A stretch of DNA of 63,729 bases, the filler included, from Octopus bimaculoides (taxonomy: Eukaryota): the NCBI RefSeq assembly GCF_001194135.2. It is 5 parts of 5 records of this genome, joined end to end, with 100 filler letters (N's around TTAATTAATTAA, not from the genome) between each part and the next. Parts side by side here need not be neighbours in the genome. Positions count along the whole stretch, not along the records: positions 11,763 to 43,021 come from NC_068983.1; 4 more parts are not named here. The stretch is one strand, 5' to 3'. Shown here piece by piece: positions 26,391-37,311 of the stretch (its first letter is position 1; the number at the start of each line of letters is the position of its first letter). The notes beneath the pieces were generated by a model. That model saw only the letters and a program-made list of their open reading frames with translations. It was not told where the DNA came from and made no database searches. The position numbers were made by a program, and so were the translations under genes.

Positions 26391-26772
26391 GTTGGCACTC
26401 CGTCGCTTACGACGTCGAGGGTTCCAGATGATCCGATCAACGGAACAGCCTGCTCGTGAAATTAACGTGCAAGTGGCTGAGCACTCCACAGACACGTGTA
26501 CCCTTAACGTAGTTCTCGGGGATATTCAGGGTGATACAGTGTGACAAGGCTGACCCTTTGAATTACAGGCACAACAGAAACAGGAAGTAAGAGTGAGAGA
26601 AAGTTGTGGTGAAAGAGTACAGCAGGGTTCGCCACCATCCCCTGCTGGAGCCTCGTGGAGCTTTTAGGTGTTTCCGCTCAATAAACACTCACAACGCCCG
26701 GTCTGGGAATCGAAACCTCGATCCTATGACCGCGAGTCCGCTGCTTTAACCACTGGGCTATTGCGCCTCCAC
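26391..26772 (-). mobile_element. SINE family 3 (tRNA-derived), full copy
   Basis: Minus head GGAGGCGCAATAGCCCAGTGGTTAAAGC...GTTTCGATTCCC with A and B boxes. Body homologous to 15405-15718 and to fragments at ~34220-34310, ~49290-49385 and ~55895-56045. Confidence 0.85.
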
Positions 26773-27409
26773 AGACAGAATTACTACTCGTCAAGTACTC
26801 GCAATCAACTTGAGCACTCTCATTATATTTGCTGGCCTTGTGCCAAAAGTAGGACAACTATAATATCAACGATACGTAAGAAAAGTTGTAGATATCGTGT
26901 TCGGTATTTAGTTACATCCGTTTACTCTCTACATTTAAATAACGCCGGTGTAGATCCTGTCATTTCTCTTTGTAGTCTCGATAAACTGAAAACGACAGCC
27001 AAATTTGTACTTGCACTCGGAAGATAAAGTAGCATAAGTAAATTTGCCTTTCCCCCGGGAGCGTTTAGATAATAACCGATGACTTAATTGCGACTAATAC
27101 TTTAACACCTTAATAAAAATAATAATGATTTCTTCCAGGTGGGTGGGGGTACAATATCCCAACACATCGATAACAATAAAATGTCAAAATGTAAAAGAAA
27201 ACAATGAACAAGAAACAATTTGGGAATTTAAAACAAGAGGGGAAATTAACAAGACTATAAAAACGCATTTGTAATATAATGATCATTACAATGATCGCAG
27301 AAAATCGATTACAACGACGCAATGCTTGACTGGTACTTTATTCTATCGACTCCCAAACGCTGAAAAGCAAAGTTGATCTCGGCATCAGTCAGGCTCGGTT
27401 ATCCCCAGA

Positions 27410-27745
27410 AGGATCCAATCAAGCAAATCGATGCCAGTAATTATTTTTGAGTCGAGTACTTTTCTACAGGTTCCTTTTGATAAACCTCTAATTCCTGGGG
27501 ACGTAAGCACACCAACATCGGTGGTCAATCGGTTCTGAGGCACACACACATACACAAACATAAACACATATACATATATATATGTATATCTTAAGGGCAG
27601 GCTTCCAAACAGTTTCCGTCTATCAACTCCACTGAATGTATTTGTCAGTCGAGGGTTAAACCAGAAGGTACTTGCTCAATGTCCTGCGCTGTGGGACTGA
27701 ACCCCAAACCAGCAACTGCAAGAGGAATTTCTTAACCACACATAT
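27410..27745 (-). mobile_element. SINE family 2, decayed full copy
   Basis: Tail, internal (CA/TA) tract and head in reverse orientation. Confidence 0.7.
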
Positions 27746-28697
27746 ATATACATGTGCCTAGAACATGATGACAATCAAAATTCATCTCCACAAGATTTGA
27801 ATTCAGAATCCGAAGAGGAGTCATTCAAATCCCAAAGAGCCAGCGTTTTATTCGACATCTTAAAACATTCTTCCAATCCAGCGCCCTAAATAGTAATCGA
27901 TTTTAACGTAGGTACAAGGCGAGAAATTTGTGAGCAATGGGATTAGTTAGTTAAATCAACCTCGTATTTTATCGATCCGGAAACGATGAAAGGTGAGTGG
28001 CGATGTCGGCCACCACATAATTTAAACTCGAAGTGTAGTGTCAGAACAATGCTTTACTGCTTTTGTTCTGACATTTAGCGATTCTGCCAATCCATATAAA
28101 AATAACTTAGTTTCTATGGAAACCAAGAAAATAGAGATATCACAGTACGAGACGTAGAGATGATATAAATTAGAGCAGTACACTTCAAAATGGGATAATA
28201 AATATAAAGTCCAGAAAAAAATGTAGACAAAGTGAAGTAAGATACGCCAACAGACGTACATTTACTCATGCGCGTGCACAAATAGATATAATCTAACGTA
28301 CATATACAGACACATATATAAATAACAATGAACGAATGATTGGAATTTTTCTTTTCGCAAATAAAGATAAATAAATATAATTATAGAACTTAAATAAAAT
28401 ATAAAGAAAACAAGCTGTTGCTATTGTCTGTTCGCTCTATTTCCTTCGTTATTGGTATGTTGGTAAATGCTGTAAACAAAAACTGGGTTTTGAAATCGTA
28501 GCCACAATAGAAGCAATAGAGTTTCGTAGTTATAAGTTATATATACAAAGACATTAATTCAATGTTTTTTTCTTTTTTTTTGGTTTCTGAAGCGTGTAAA
28601 TCGTGTGTTGTGATATAGTTTTCTCAACCATGAGCATTGGATATATTTTCTCTTACACTTCTCTCGAAGTAAGAAGGCAGTAACGAGGCAGGACTAA

Positions 28698-29022
28698 GCT
28701 ATTGCAGGGCGTGAAGCAAATGTTTTCAAGGGTTTCCTAATGTAAAAAGAAAATTAGCTAATTTATCTAATTATAAATATTATTTTGAATTCAGCTACAT
28801 ATCTAGACTAATATATACAAATTAGACGAGCTGGCGGAGTACGTAATCGATTGAGCCATTGCAGCACATGAAGCAAATGTCTTCAAGGGTTTCGTAATTA
28901 AAAAAAGAACCCTATAAATTTAAAAAGAAAATTAGCTAATTTATCTAATTATTATTTTGGATTCAGCTACATATCGAGACTAATACGTACAGATAAGGCT
29001 AGCTGGCGGAGTACGTAATCGA
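28698..29022. repeat. Direct tandem duplication (28698-28850 and 28855-29022)
   Basis: Shared TGAAGCAAATG..TTCAAGGGTTTC, AAAAAGAAAATTAGCTAATTTATCTAATTAT and AGCTGGCGGAGTACGTAATCGA. Confidence 0.9.
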
Positions 29023-30700
29023 AATTAATACAAAGGATCCAATATTTACAATTTCATCAAAAGCTTTATATATATTCGCTGGTCGATATTTTTGAGATTT
29101 AGAAATTTAACCAAGGAGAACAACGGCTTAAACGCAGTCAATTATACAATGCATTTGAATGGACTCTACCTCTCTATACATCTTACTGTAGTTTTAACCA
29201 AAATATACCAATGGATGGTTTACATTCTATAAAAATTTCGCGATTTCATTAATCTATACTATTGTTACGTAAGCAACTCAGATACACAAGTTTCTTATTC
29301 TCTCCTGATACTTGGCCGAAATGTAACGTTAATCTGTTTCTCTGGTTTATCTTTGAAAATGTGAGTAAATTTAAACTTATTTGTGATGCAGCTTTATGTA
29401 ACGGTCTAAGTGTGCCCAATACATTGTTTCTTAGCTATTTGAAAATCTCGATTTAAATTCATGTAATAGATTAGTAATAGTTTGCATAATTCAAGCGTTT
29501 GTGTTATATTTATGAGAACGCACATCAATCTCAATTAGCGTATGACAAGTTTAATTCACAAAAGTATTAAAATAGAATAGCACGTCTATTAATTAGCATC
29601 CAAGAAAAACGAAAAAAGCCTGCCCACTCATTGTTTCTATTAAAATACATTTACTGTAATTAATTTAATCTAAAATGCATTGGATCTCGGAATGATTCCA
29701 AATATTCTATCTATCTCAAACACTCACAGTATTTCACAAAAGTGAAATTAAGAATAATGCTATAACCAAAAGAATTTAGTGTGTGGCTTCTGAAAATATG
29801 GAGTTTGTAGCATATGATATTTTGGTGCTGATAACTCATATTTTATCTTTCCTTTCTAGTAATCCCCTCCTTCAATCACAAAACCCCCAACAGTTTTCTT
29901 CACATTTTTTTGTAATAGATTCGATAATTGTTACTGCAGATGTTATGTCTTCTTTCAGAATCTTACACTGTCCTTCTTTAATGACAATAGATTTTTTGGC
30001 AGTAAATTTCCTGTTTGCAATATTTCAGCGGTTGCCTGTACTACTGCTTGCATCTATTGCATTGTAGTCAGCCGTGATTAGTTCTCTGAATATATGTGTT
30101 CATCGAATAGCAGATGTTTTCTTTTCAACCTTAAACTACAAAATACAAGAGAAAAAGAAAAAAAAACATAAAATTTAAAAAAAGTATACAAGCTCTCATA
30201 ATCTTTAGAAACACATTTTCTTATCATTAGTGCTGCTTAGTCGTTCCGAAAATGATTAAAGAAAACAAAAAAAATTCTTTACTGCACTCTTATGTTTAAA
30301 TTTTATTGGTCTAAAGTACATACGTGTAAGGATCATGTTACATAAACTATTTGTTTTAGATGTTCATTTAACCGTTCTCTTTTTCATTCGAATTTCAGAT
30401 GTAATACTATTTGTACTTCATCAGGAGAGCTTTCTATTGCCGAACAATTATCGTGATACTTTCTGTAACTTAAACTATTCAAGACGGCTGAGGTTTATGG
30501 AATTTTAGGCGCAGAGAGCAGACTGGCAGTAAGAAGGGATAGTCAACAAGGAATAGAGTCTGCATCAAACTGTCATCACATCCCTTGCGATGTTTACCTT
30601 GAACTCCCTTCGAAACATTCTAGCAACAGCGACGAGAGACACGCGAACGCACAGTCTACACGACAGAAAGAATCGAACAATTCTTGTAAAACAGACGAAA

Positions 30701-30781
30701 ATGGCCGAAAGAAGCAGGCATTGTGTACCGAACAGCAGCATAAATTTCAGATATCACAGAATAGCAACAGTTCTGTTATGA
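30701..30781 (+). promoter_or_regulatory. Candidate uORF (26 aa; longer 63-aa form from ATG 30590) whose TGA overlaps the main ATG (ATGA)
   Basis: ATG 30701 is in strong context (A at -3, G at +4) and out of frame with the FAM167 ORF. Stop TGA 30779-30781 overlaps ATG 30778-30780. Start-stop ATGTAA at 30399 and ATG GAA TTT TAG at 30497 are also present. Confidence 0.4.
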
Positions 30782-31434
30782 CAACGGAAAAGATGCGTCC
30801 GCAGCATCCAAAGACTTTATCAATCATCAGTGAACATGAGCGTTTCAACGATGGTCTCTATAACAAAGCATGTGACCGAACACCATCCCCGTGTCTTGCG
30901 TTGCCCAAGACACCGGTACTACCAACCATTTTGGAAGGGGAAAGCATCAACAACACAAAAAAAAATTCTCTCAACGCCACACATAGAGATACCACGACAG
31001 GCATTAATAGCAGTAACGATAGTAATAAATCTTCACATTCTACAAAAAGTATTAAACCTATATCAACAACAGACAATGCAATTAACCATCAAGAACAGAG
31101 CAAGAAGAACGAGGATAAGAAAGGTGATTCATTTGATGTCAACGATATCAATGGTGACACACATTTGGGACTACCTTACGTGGATTTTAACAAGTTATAC
31201 AATTTTGGCGACCCAACGAGCCCACCTGGTCTTGATGGTGTCAAAGCAATGGCGAACCGCTTAAAATTGTCTACTAGGAGACAGAGTTATCAGAAATGGT
31301 GTGAAAAATATATTGGTTCTAGTGGTATTCCACGCTTCCCTCCTCTAACTTATAACGAGGCAACCGATGGAAAATTAACCGATGATCGAAAAGAGGGAAT
31401 AAATAATGCTTTAGGATGGATAAAAACAGAATTG
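30778..31434 (+). CDS. FAM167: FAM167-family (FAM167A/B-like) protein, coding part of one exon; C-terminal exon(s) not found in window
   Basis: 219 stop-free codons from ATG 30778 to a canonical phase-0 donor TTG|GTAAGT (31435-31440). LDGVKAMANRLKLSTRRQSYQKW (31231-31299) matches the FAM167A N-terminal motif [23 protein letters not shown], and GINNALGWIKTEL matches SIDEAIAWLRKEL (both recalled from memory). Likely acceptor: polypyrimidine tract plus TTTCAG at 30397-30398, giving exon 30399-31434. Confidence 0.78.
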
Positions 31435-31854
31435 GTAAGTATATCATTTAGCTGTGTGATTTGTTTTTCTTTTGCACATCTTCATAAATGCCGCTATTTC
31501 TAGATGAGGAAGGGTTTTAAAACGGTGACAGTCAATTGTAAATTGTAGAGCGTGTTTGGTTAAAATTCATACGAAATTAATTAGATTATTTAAAGAATAT
31601 ACTCAAATAAAGACAGGCCCTGATAAGTCGTGGTAGCTTAGATATTTTTATTCTTGGCTGATAATAGTGTTTCACTAACATTTTTGCAAAATCCAACATT
31701 TCAGATTTTATGGCGTGAAAGATAACTATAGAGACTGTTAACTTCACTTAAGAATTTGTTATTTTCATTGCCCTAACGAGAGTAGAAACATGTAAATGGC
31801 GAGGTAGGAGCGACGGGAGATGGTGCAGTTGGTGCGGCGAAAATTTTTATAGTG

Positions 31855-32230
31855 AGGCGCAGGTGTGGTAAGAAGCTTGCTTCTCAACCATATGGTTCCG
31901 GGTTCAGTCCCACAGTGTGGCACCATGAGCATTATCTTCTATAGCCTCGAGCCGACCAAAACCTTGTAAGTGGATTCGGTAGATGGAAACAGAAAGAAGC
32001 CCGTCGTATTTATAGATATATGCGTTTGTGTGTTTGCATTTGTCCGCGCCATCATCGCTTGACAACCGATGTTGGTGTGTTTATGTTCCCGTAATATAGC
32101 GGTTCGGTAAAAGAGACCGATATAATAAGTACTAGGCTCACAATAAATAAGTCTCGGGGTCGATTTGCTCGACTAAAGGCGGTATTCCAGGATGGCCGTA
32201 ATCAAATGCCTGAAACAAATAAAAGAATAA
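31855..32230 (+). mobile_element. SINE family 2: tRNA head, CORE-like segment, internal (TA/TG) tract and conserved tail
   Basis: TGTGGTAAGAAGCTTGC...GGGTTCAGTCCC head. CACCTTGGGCAAGTGTCTT-like segment. Tail CGCTTGACAACCGATGTTGG...GTCGATTTGCTCGACTAAAGG...TGAAACAAATAAAAGA. Confidence 0.85.
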
Positions 32231-32644
32231 ACGAATATAATATTTAAGTGAAGCTTTTGTGTGTTTACGTCCTAATTGTTTTAGTTTAAATACACGATCT
32301 TAGAGAGAATCATTTGCTTTGGAAATTACATCTCTGAAGAATGTATATCAGCTCATTCAATTTCCAACACTAGTTTAGAATAATTATGTCTAGTTAAAAT
32401 TTGATCTAAAAGTAAGCAGAGATATCGAAAAACAAGAACTGATAACGGATCAGATGTCAGAATTGAAACCTAGAATAGATATGATGCTTATATAATATAT
32501 ATACTCTAAAGAGGCCATATAATTATCAACGCTCATAAAATATTTATTTAGTTTAAGAATGAGGAGGAAAGACTGAATAATGTTTACAAAATGGATGTTC
32601 TATCTTGATATATCAAAACATAAACCATTAAAATGAACTGATTT

Positions 32645-32764
32645 TATATTTATATATATATATATATATATTGCATACACACACACACATACACACACAT
32701 ATACACATATATACATACATATATATGCTAATACATATATACATATATACACACATATATGCTA

Positions 32765-32805
<41 letters not shown>

Positions 32806-32814
32806 TATATATAT

Positions 32815-32889
<75 letters not shown>

Positions 32890-33203
32890 TATATATATAT
32901 ATACACACACACATATATATATATACACACACACACATATATATATACACACACACATATATATATACACACACACACATATATATATACACACACACAC
33001 ATATATATATATACACACACATATATATATATACACACACACATATATATGTACACATATATACATATACACATATATATACACGCACACATATATATAC
33101 ACACACATGTACACACACACGCACACACACACACACATATATAATCTGAAAGTAAACAGAGATATCGAAAAACAAGAAGTGATAACAGATCAGATGTCAG
33201 AAT

Positions 33204-33262
<59 letters not shown>
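32645..33262. repeat. Compound (TA)n(CA)n higher-order microsatellite
   Basis: Directly visible. Confidence 0.95.
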
Positions 33263-33265
<3 letters not shown>

Positions 33266-35311
33266 ATATTTAGTGTGTGTGTGTGAATAAAAGTACTAGT
33301 TGGATTTAACTGGAATGGAGAGAGATGCTTTATGAAACTATCGTTTACAAGTGAATATGTCGCATATGAGGAATACCAATCAACAGCACTTATCTAATGA
33401 CATATGTCAGACTTAAACCCTCGCACGCATTCAGACAAAAACAAACATACATCGTAGTCTTGTCTGTGACCTGAGGTGAATCACACAACTCATTGAATCG
33501 TAGAGTTAACGATGAATAGTTTACGTTAATTATATAACAAACTAGTTTAACCTGGTCAAGTTCATCGCTTTTGTTGTCTTTGTGTTTTACACAGAACAGA
33601 AAATTGAACAAAACAACCACCAATTTAAACGATAGCATTATTTACTTACAGGTATAACCTACTCATAGCACCTACCTGTTTACCTATTTGATGCTAGATT
33701 ACCTCTTTTCACTAATCAAAAAATATATATCAATAACATTGTGTTGGTAGCCATGATGGGATGCAAACCATTAACCTTTTAGACAATGCTCTAACGCATT
33801 ATCGACACGACAAATTGAGACTTTTAGCAATTAAAAGCGATAACTACTAATCACTTGCAACTAAGAATAAACATAGGAAAACATTTTTTTAAATAATCCT
33901 AACAGGATAGTGATATTCTCTCTGTCTCTCTCTGTCCCTGTGTGTGTATTTTTCTCTGTGTGTGTGTGGTTTACAAGACCAAAATAAAGACACAATTAGC
34001 TTGAATTGTTTAATTACATGAAAGCAGGTAAAACTGTTTTTTTTTCTTCTCTTTCAATGCGCTAATGGTATCGCTAGACATTCAAGCATGGCTCTGTATT
34101 AAATTTCAAGTTCGATTTTTGTTTTGTAGCATTGCATTTTTCTCTCAATTTTCTTGTGTAATCCATTGTCACTTGTGAGTGGCTACGTACGTGTATATAA
34201 ATCTGTGTATGTATGAGCAAGCCTGGCACTTCGTCGATTACTACGATGAGCTTTCCAGTTGATCCGATCGACGGAATAACAAACTCGTGAAATTAACGTG
34301 CAAGTGGCTGTTTTTTTTTTCTCCTATAATAAAAATACATAGAGGGGACAACCACGGACAGACAAGGGACATATAAGGGTCAGGAACTCTGTTTACAAAA
34401 GATTAGAAACGAATGGGTTCATAGATATGTATTTACTCTTTACTCTTTTCAGTCGTTTGACTGTGGCCATGCTGGAGCATCGCCTTTAGTCGAGCAAATC
34501 AACCCCAGGACTTATTCTTTGTAAGCCCAGTACTTAATCTATCTGTCTCTTTTGCCGAACCGCTAAGTTACAGGGACGTGAACACACCAACATCAGTTGT
34601 CAAGCGATGTTGGGGGGACAAACACAGACACACAAACATACACACAAAACTCACGACCTTACGATCGTCAGCCGAATGCACTAACCACTAAGCTATGCGC
34701 CTTCAATCCACACACACACACACAAACACACACACATATATAAAATTTCTTCAAAGATTCGTTTTGTTAAAAACACAGCTTGAAGATGGGAGTGAGATAC
34801 ATCGTCGCTTCAGTGATTCATGAGAACGACAGACGTTTCTCCGCCCTTAAGTTATGCTCATCTGATCATCACCTGCTTGAAAGAACTTCGTGCCTCAATA
34901 CACAGGAAACGGTGAATAAAATATTCAATGGCATTTAAAAAGCTTATATACGCTTATATTGAACAGAGAATGAGTACTCAAAACCACATCGGTGGATAAG
35001 TACTTTTTGTGGTTAAAAACGACTACAAATGGTTTCATGTAGACGAATCGCTTACTAATTATCAAGCCTTCTACATGGGGACGATGTCACTCGTCTACAT
35101 TTTGGATGAGAATACACGAAATGGTACGAGGTTCTACGAGATTTCGAGATATACTGCATATAACTATACAGTTCATAGTAGGTAACTTGTACAGTTTCGA
35201 GTAGCTTCATGTATTCTCGTCCAAAATGTAGACGTGTTCCAACGAATCTATGTGACACACCTTATAATTGTTAAGAGGTTCCTTCTTCTTACATGTTAAC
35301 CCACAAATAAA

Positions 35312-35345
<34 letters not shown>

Positions 35346-36214
35346 AGAGAGAAACAATGAATATTTTTTATCATATTTTGCTAGACCACTCTGTTGTGTG
35401 TACTTGCGCTCTAGCATCTATAGTCTTAGCAGCCACACACACATGCATGAATACCTATACATATACGTACAGGTATACACACATGTATGTATGTGTATAT
35501 ATTATATTATATTTTGGTAGTCAGATTTAGATATATATATTTATAAAATTTATTCGTTCCTTGTAAGTTTTATAGCATTGAAATATACGAAATACTGAGG
35601 CATGACAGGCTTTAAGATATAATTTATATTTCCTATAACGCAGAATATAGATGAATTAGAACTGAATGATAAATATAGCATTATATACAAGAAATATAAC
35701 GTCCTACTATATAAATGAGTTATAGACTAATTCAGATCAATTTTATAGTGGTTCAGTGTTATAATGCTTGAAGTGAACGTTGCGTCTGGACTTCAGAATA
35801 TTTCGATTTACTGATGGTTGTATATAAAGCTGTATGATTTTTCTCTTTGCTATGTCGAGACTTTAGTTGAATGTACTATCATTGTTTATTATAATTAAAA
35901 TGCAGTTTGTGAGCTGGTGTATTTCAGATCGAATACTAGTCAGTCGAGCCGATAGTTGCTCAGTGGTATTTTTCTTATCTTTGGGGTTGATAGAATAAGA
36001 ATGAGCACTGACGTCGATGTAACCGACGTATCCCATTTTTTCGAACTACTGACCTTATGTTAAAATTTCAAACCATTATTGGAGAAACTGAAGACAGTGA
36101 ACCGGCTGAATGTTTAGGGTGTCTGAATAAGCTCTTGTCGCTGTTTAATTCGTTTCTTTACATTCAGAATCAAATTCCGCTCTGCATTTCATCTTTTCGT
36201 AGTTGATAGAATAC

Positions 36215-36457
36215 ATACAATTCTATATTTGAGAGATGAAAAATTATCTACATTATTTACATTTGACGGATATTTGTCCTCATCTTGTTTGTTGTTAACA
36301 CAACGTTTCGGCTGATGTACACTCCACCCTTCATCAGGTGTCTTGGGGAAATTTCGAACGTGAGTTCTCATTCATAAGGTATCTTTCGATGCTATTATTA
36401 TTATTCAGGTCACTGCCTGGAATCGAACTCGGAATCTTGGGGTTAGTAGCCCGCGCT
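36215..36457 (-). mobile_element. tRNA-Arg-like SINE carrying a minimal hammerhead motif; 5' A-box part missing in this copy
   Basis: Minus strand CTACTAACCCCAAGATTCCGAGTTCGATTCCAGGC resembles the tRNA-Arg(ACG) 3' half, with B-box at 36419-36430. A hammerhead motif follows about 75 nt downstream at 36297-36342. Confidence 0.7.
36297..36342 (-). ncRNA. Minimal type-I hammerhead ribozyme motif
   Basis: GACAC-CUGAUGA-A-GGGUGG(AGUGUACA)UCAGCC-GAAA-CG-UU-GUGUU. Stem I is 5 bp, stem II is 6 bp with one G.G mismatch, stem III is the palindrome ACGU, and H17 is U. Confidence 0.7.
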
Positions 36458-37262
36458 TGGCCTAGTGGCAAAATTTGAAGCAATTATTGAGGAAGTTTAA
36501 CGCGTAGAAGTGGCTGAAACATTAGGGCATTTGAAAAAGAAAGCTTTGTGCTAATTGTTTCGACTCTTAACATTATAAGTTCAAATTCTGCTGAGGTCAT
36601 TGCCTTTCTTCCTCCGGAGTCGATAAAATATATCTTGAGTGAAGTATTAATATCAGTGTTATTGGGTATCCACCCCGCCCATTCAAAATCACTGGCCTTG
36701 TAATATCGGTTTCAAATTTTAGTTCAAGACCAGCAATTCCGGGGTAAGATTAAAACGGTTATATAGACCGCAGTGCTGCAATTGTAGTTATTTTATCGAG
36801 CCCGAAAGGAAGAAAGGCAAAATCGACCTCGTCGAAATTTGAGCTCAGAACGTAAGGACGGACGAAATGCCGCTGAACATTATCTCCGGCATGTTAACGA
36901 TCCAGCCAGCTCGCTGCCTTCACTGGCTTTGGAATATTATAAAAATATTAATTATCGTGGACGGCAAACAGCCTTTCGCCTTTGCTTTTCATCCTTCTGG
37001 GATCGGCATATTGTTGCTATAATTAGGATTGTTAAGGCAACGACACAGCAGAATCATCAGCAGGTCGTACAAAATGTAGAGTGCATTTCTTCCGGCTGTA
37101 AGTTCTGAGCAATTTCTTGTGATAACTGTATTTTTACGATTATCTCCCCTTTGCATTTGGAGAAAGTTGCAACAATTGCGGCCGGGCAACTTCATATTCT
37201 CTGGAAGCTAACAAACTCCCGATAAATTAATTCATAATATTTTGTATTTAGTAAAATCGTAT

Positions 37263-37311
<49 letters not shown>

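Noticed and set aside
30375-30430. Minus-strand CUGAUGA...GAAA-UUCGAA-UG across the FAM167 acceptor
   Set aside because: G at position 17, no stem I adjacent to the core, and stem II not adjacent to GAAA; treated as chance.
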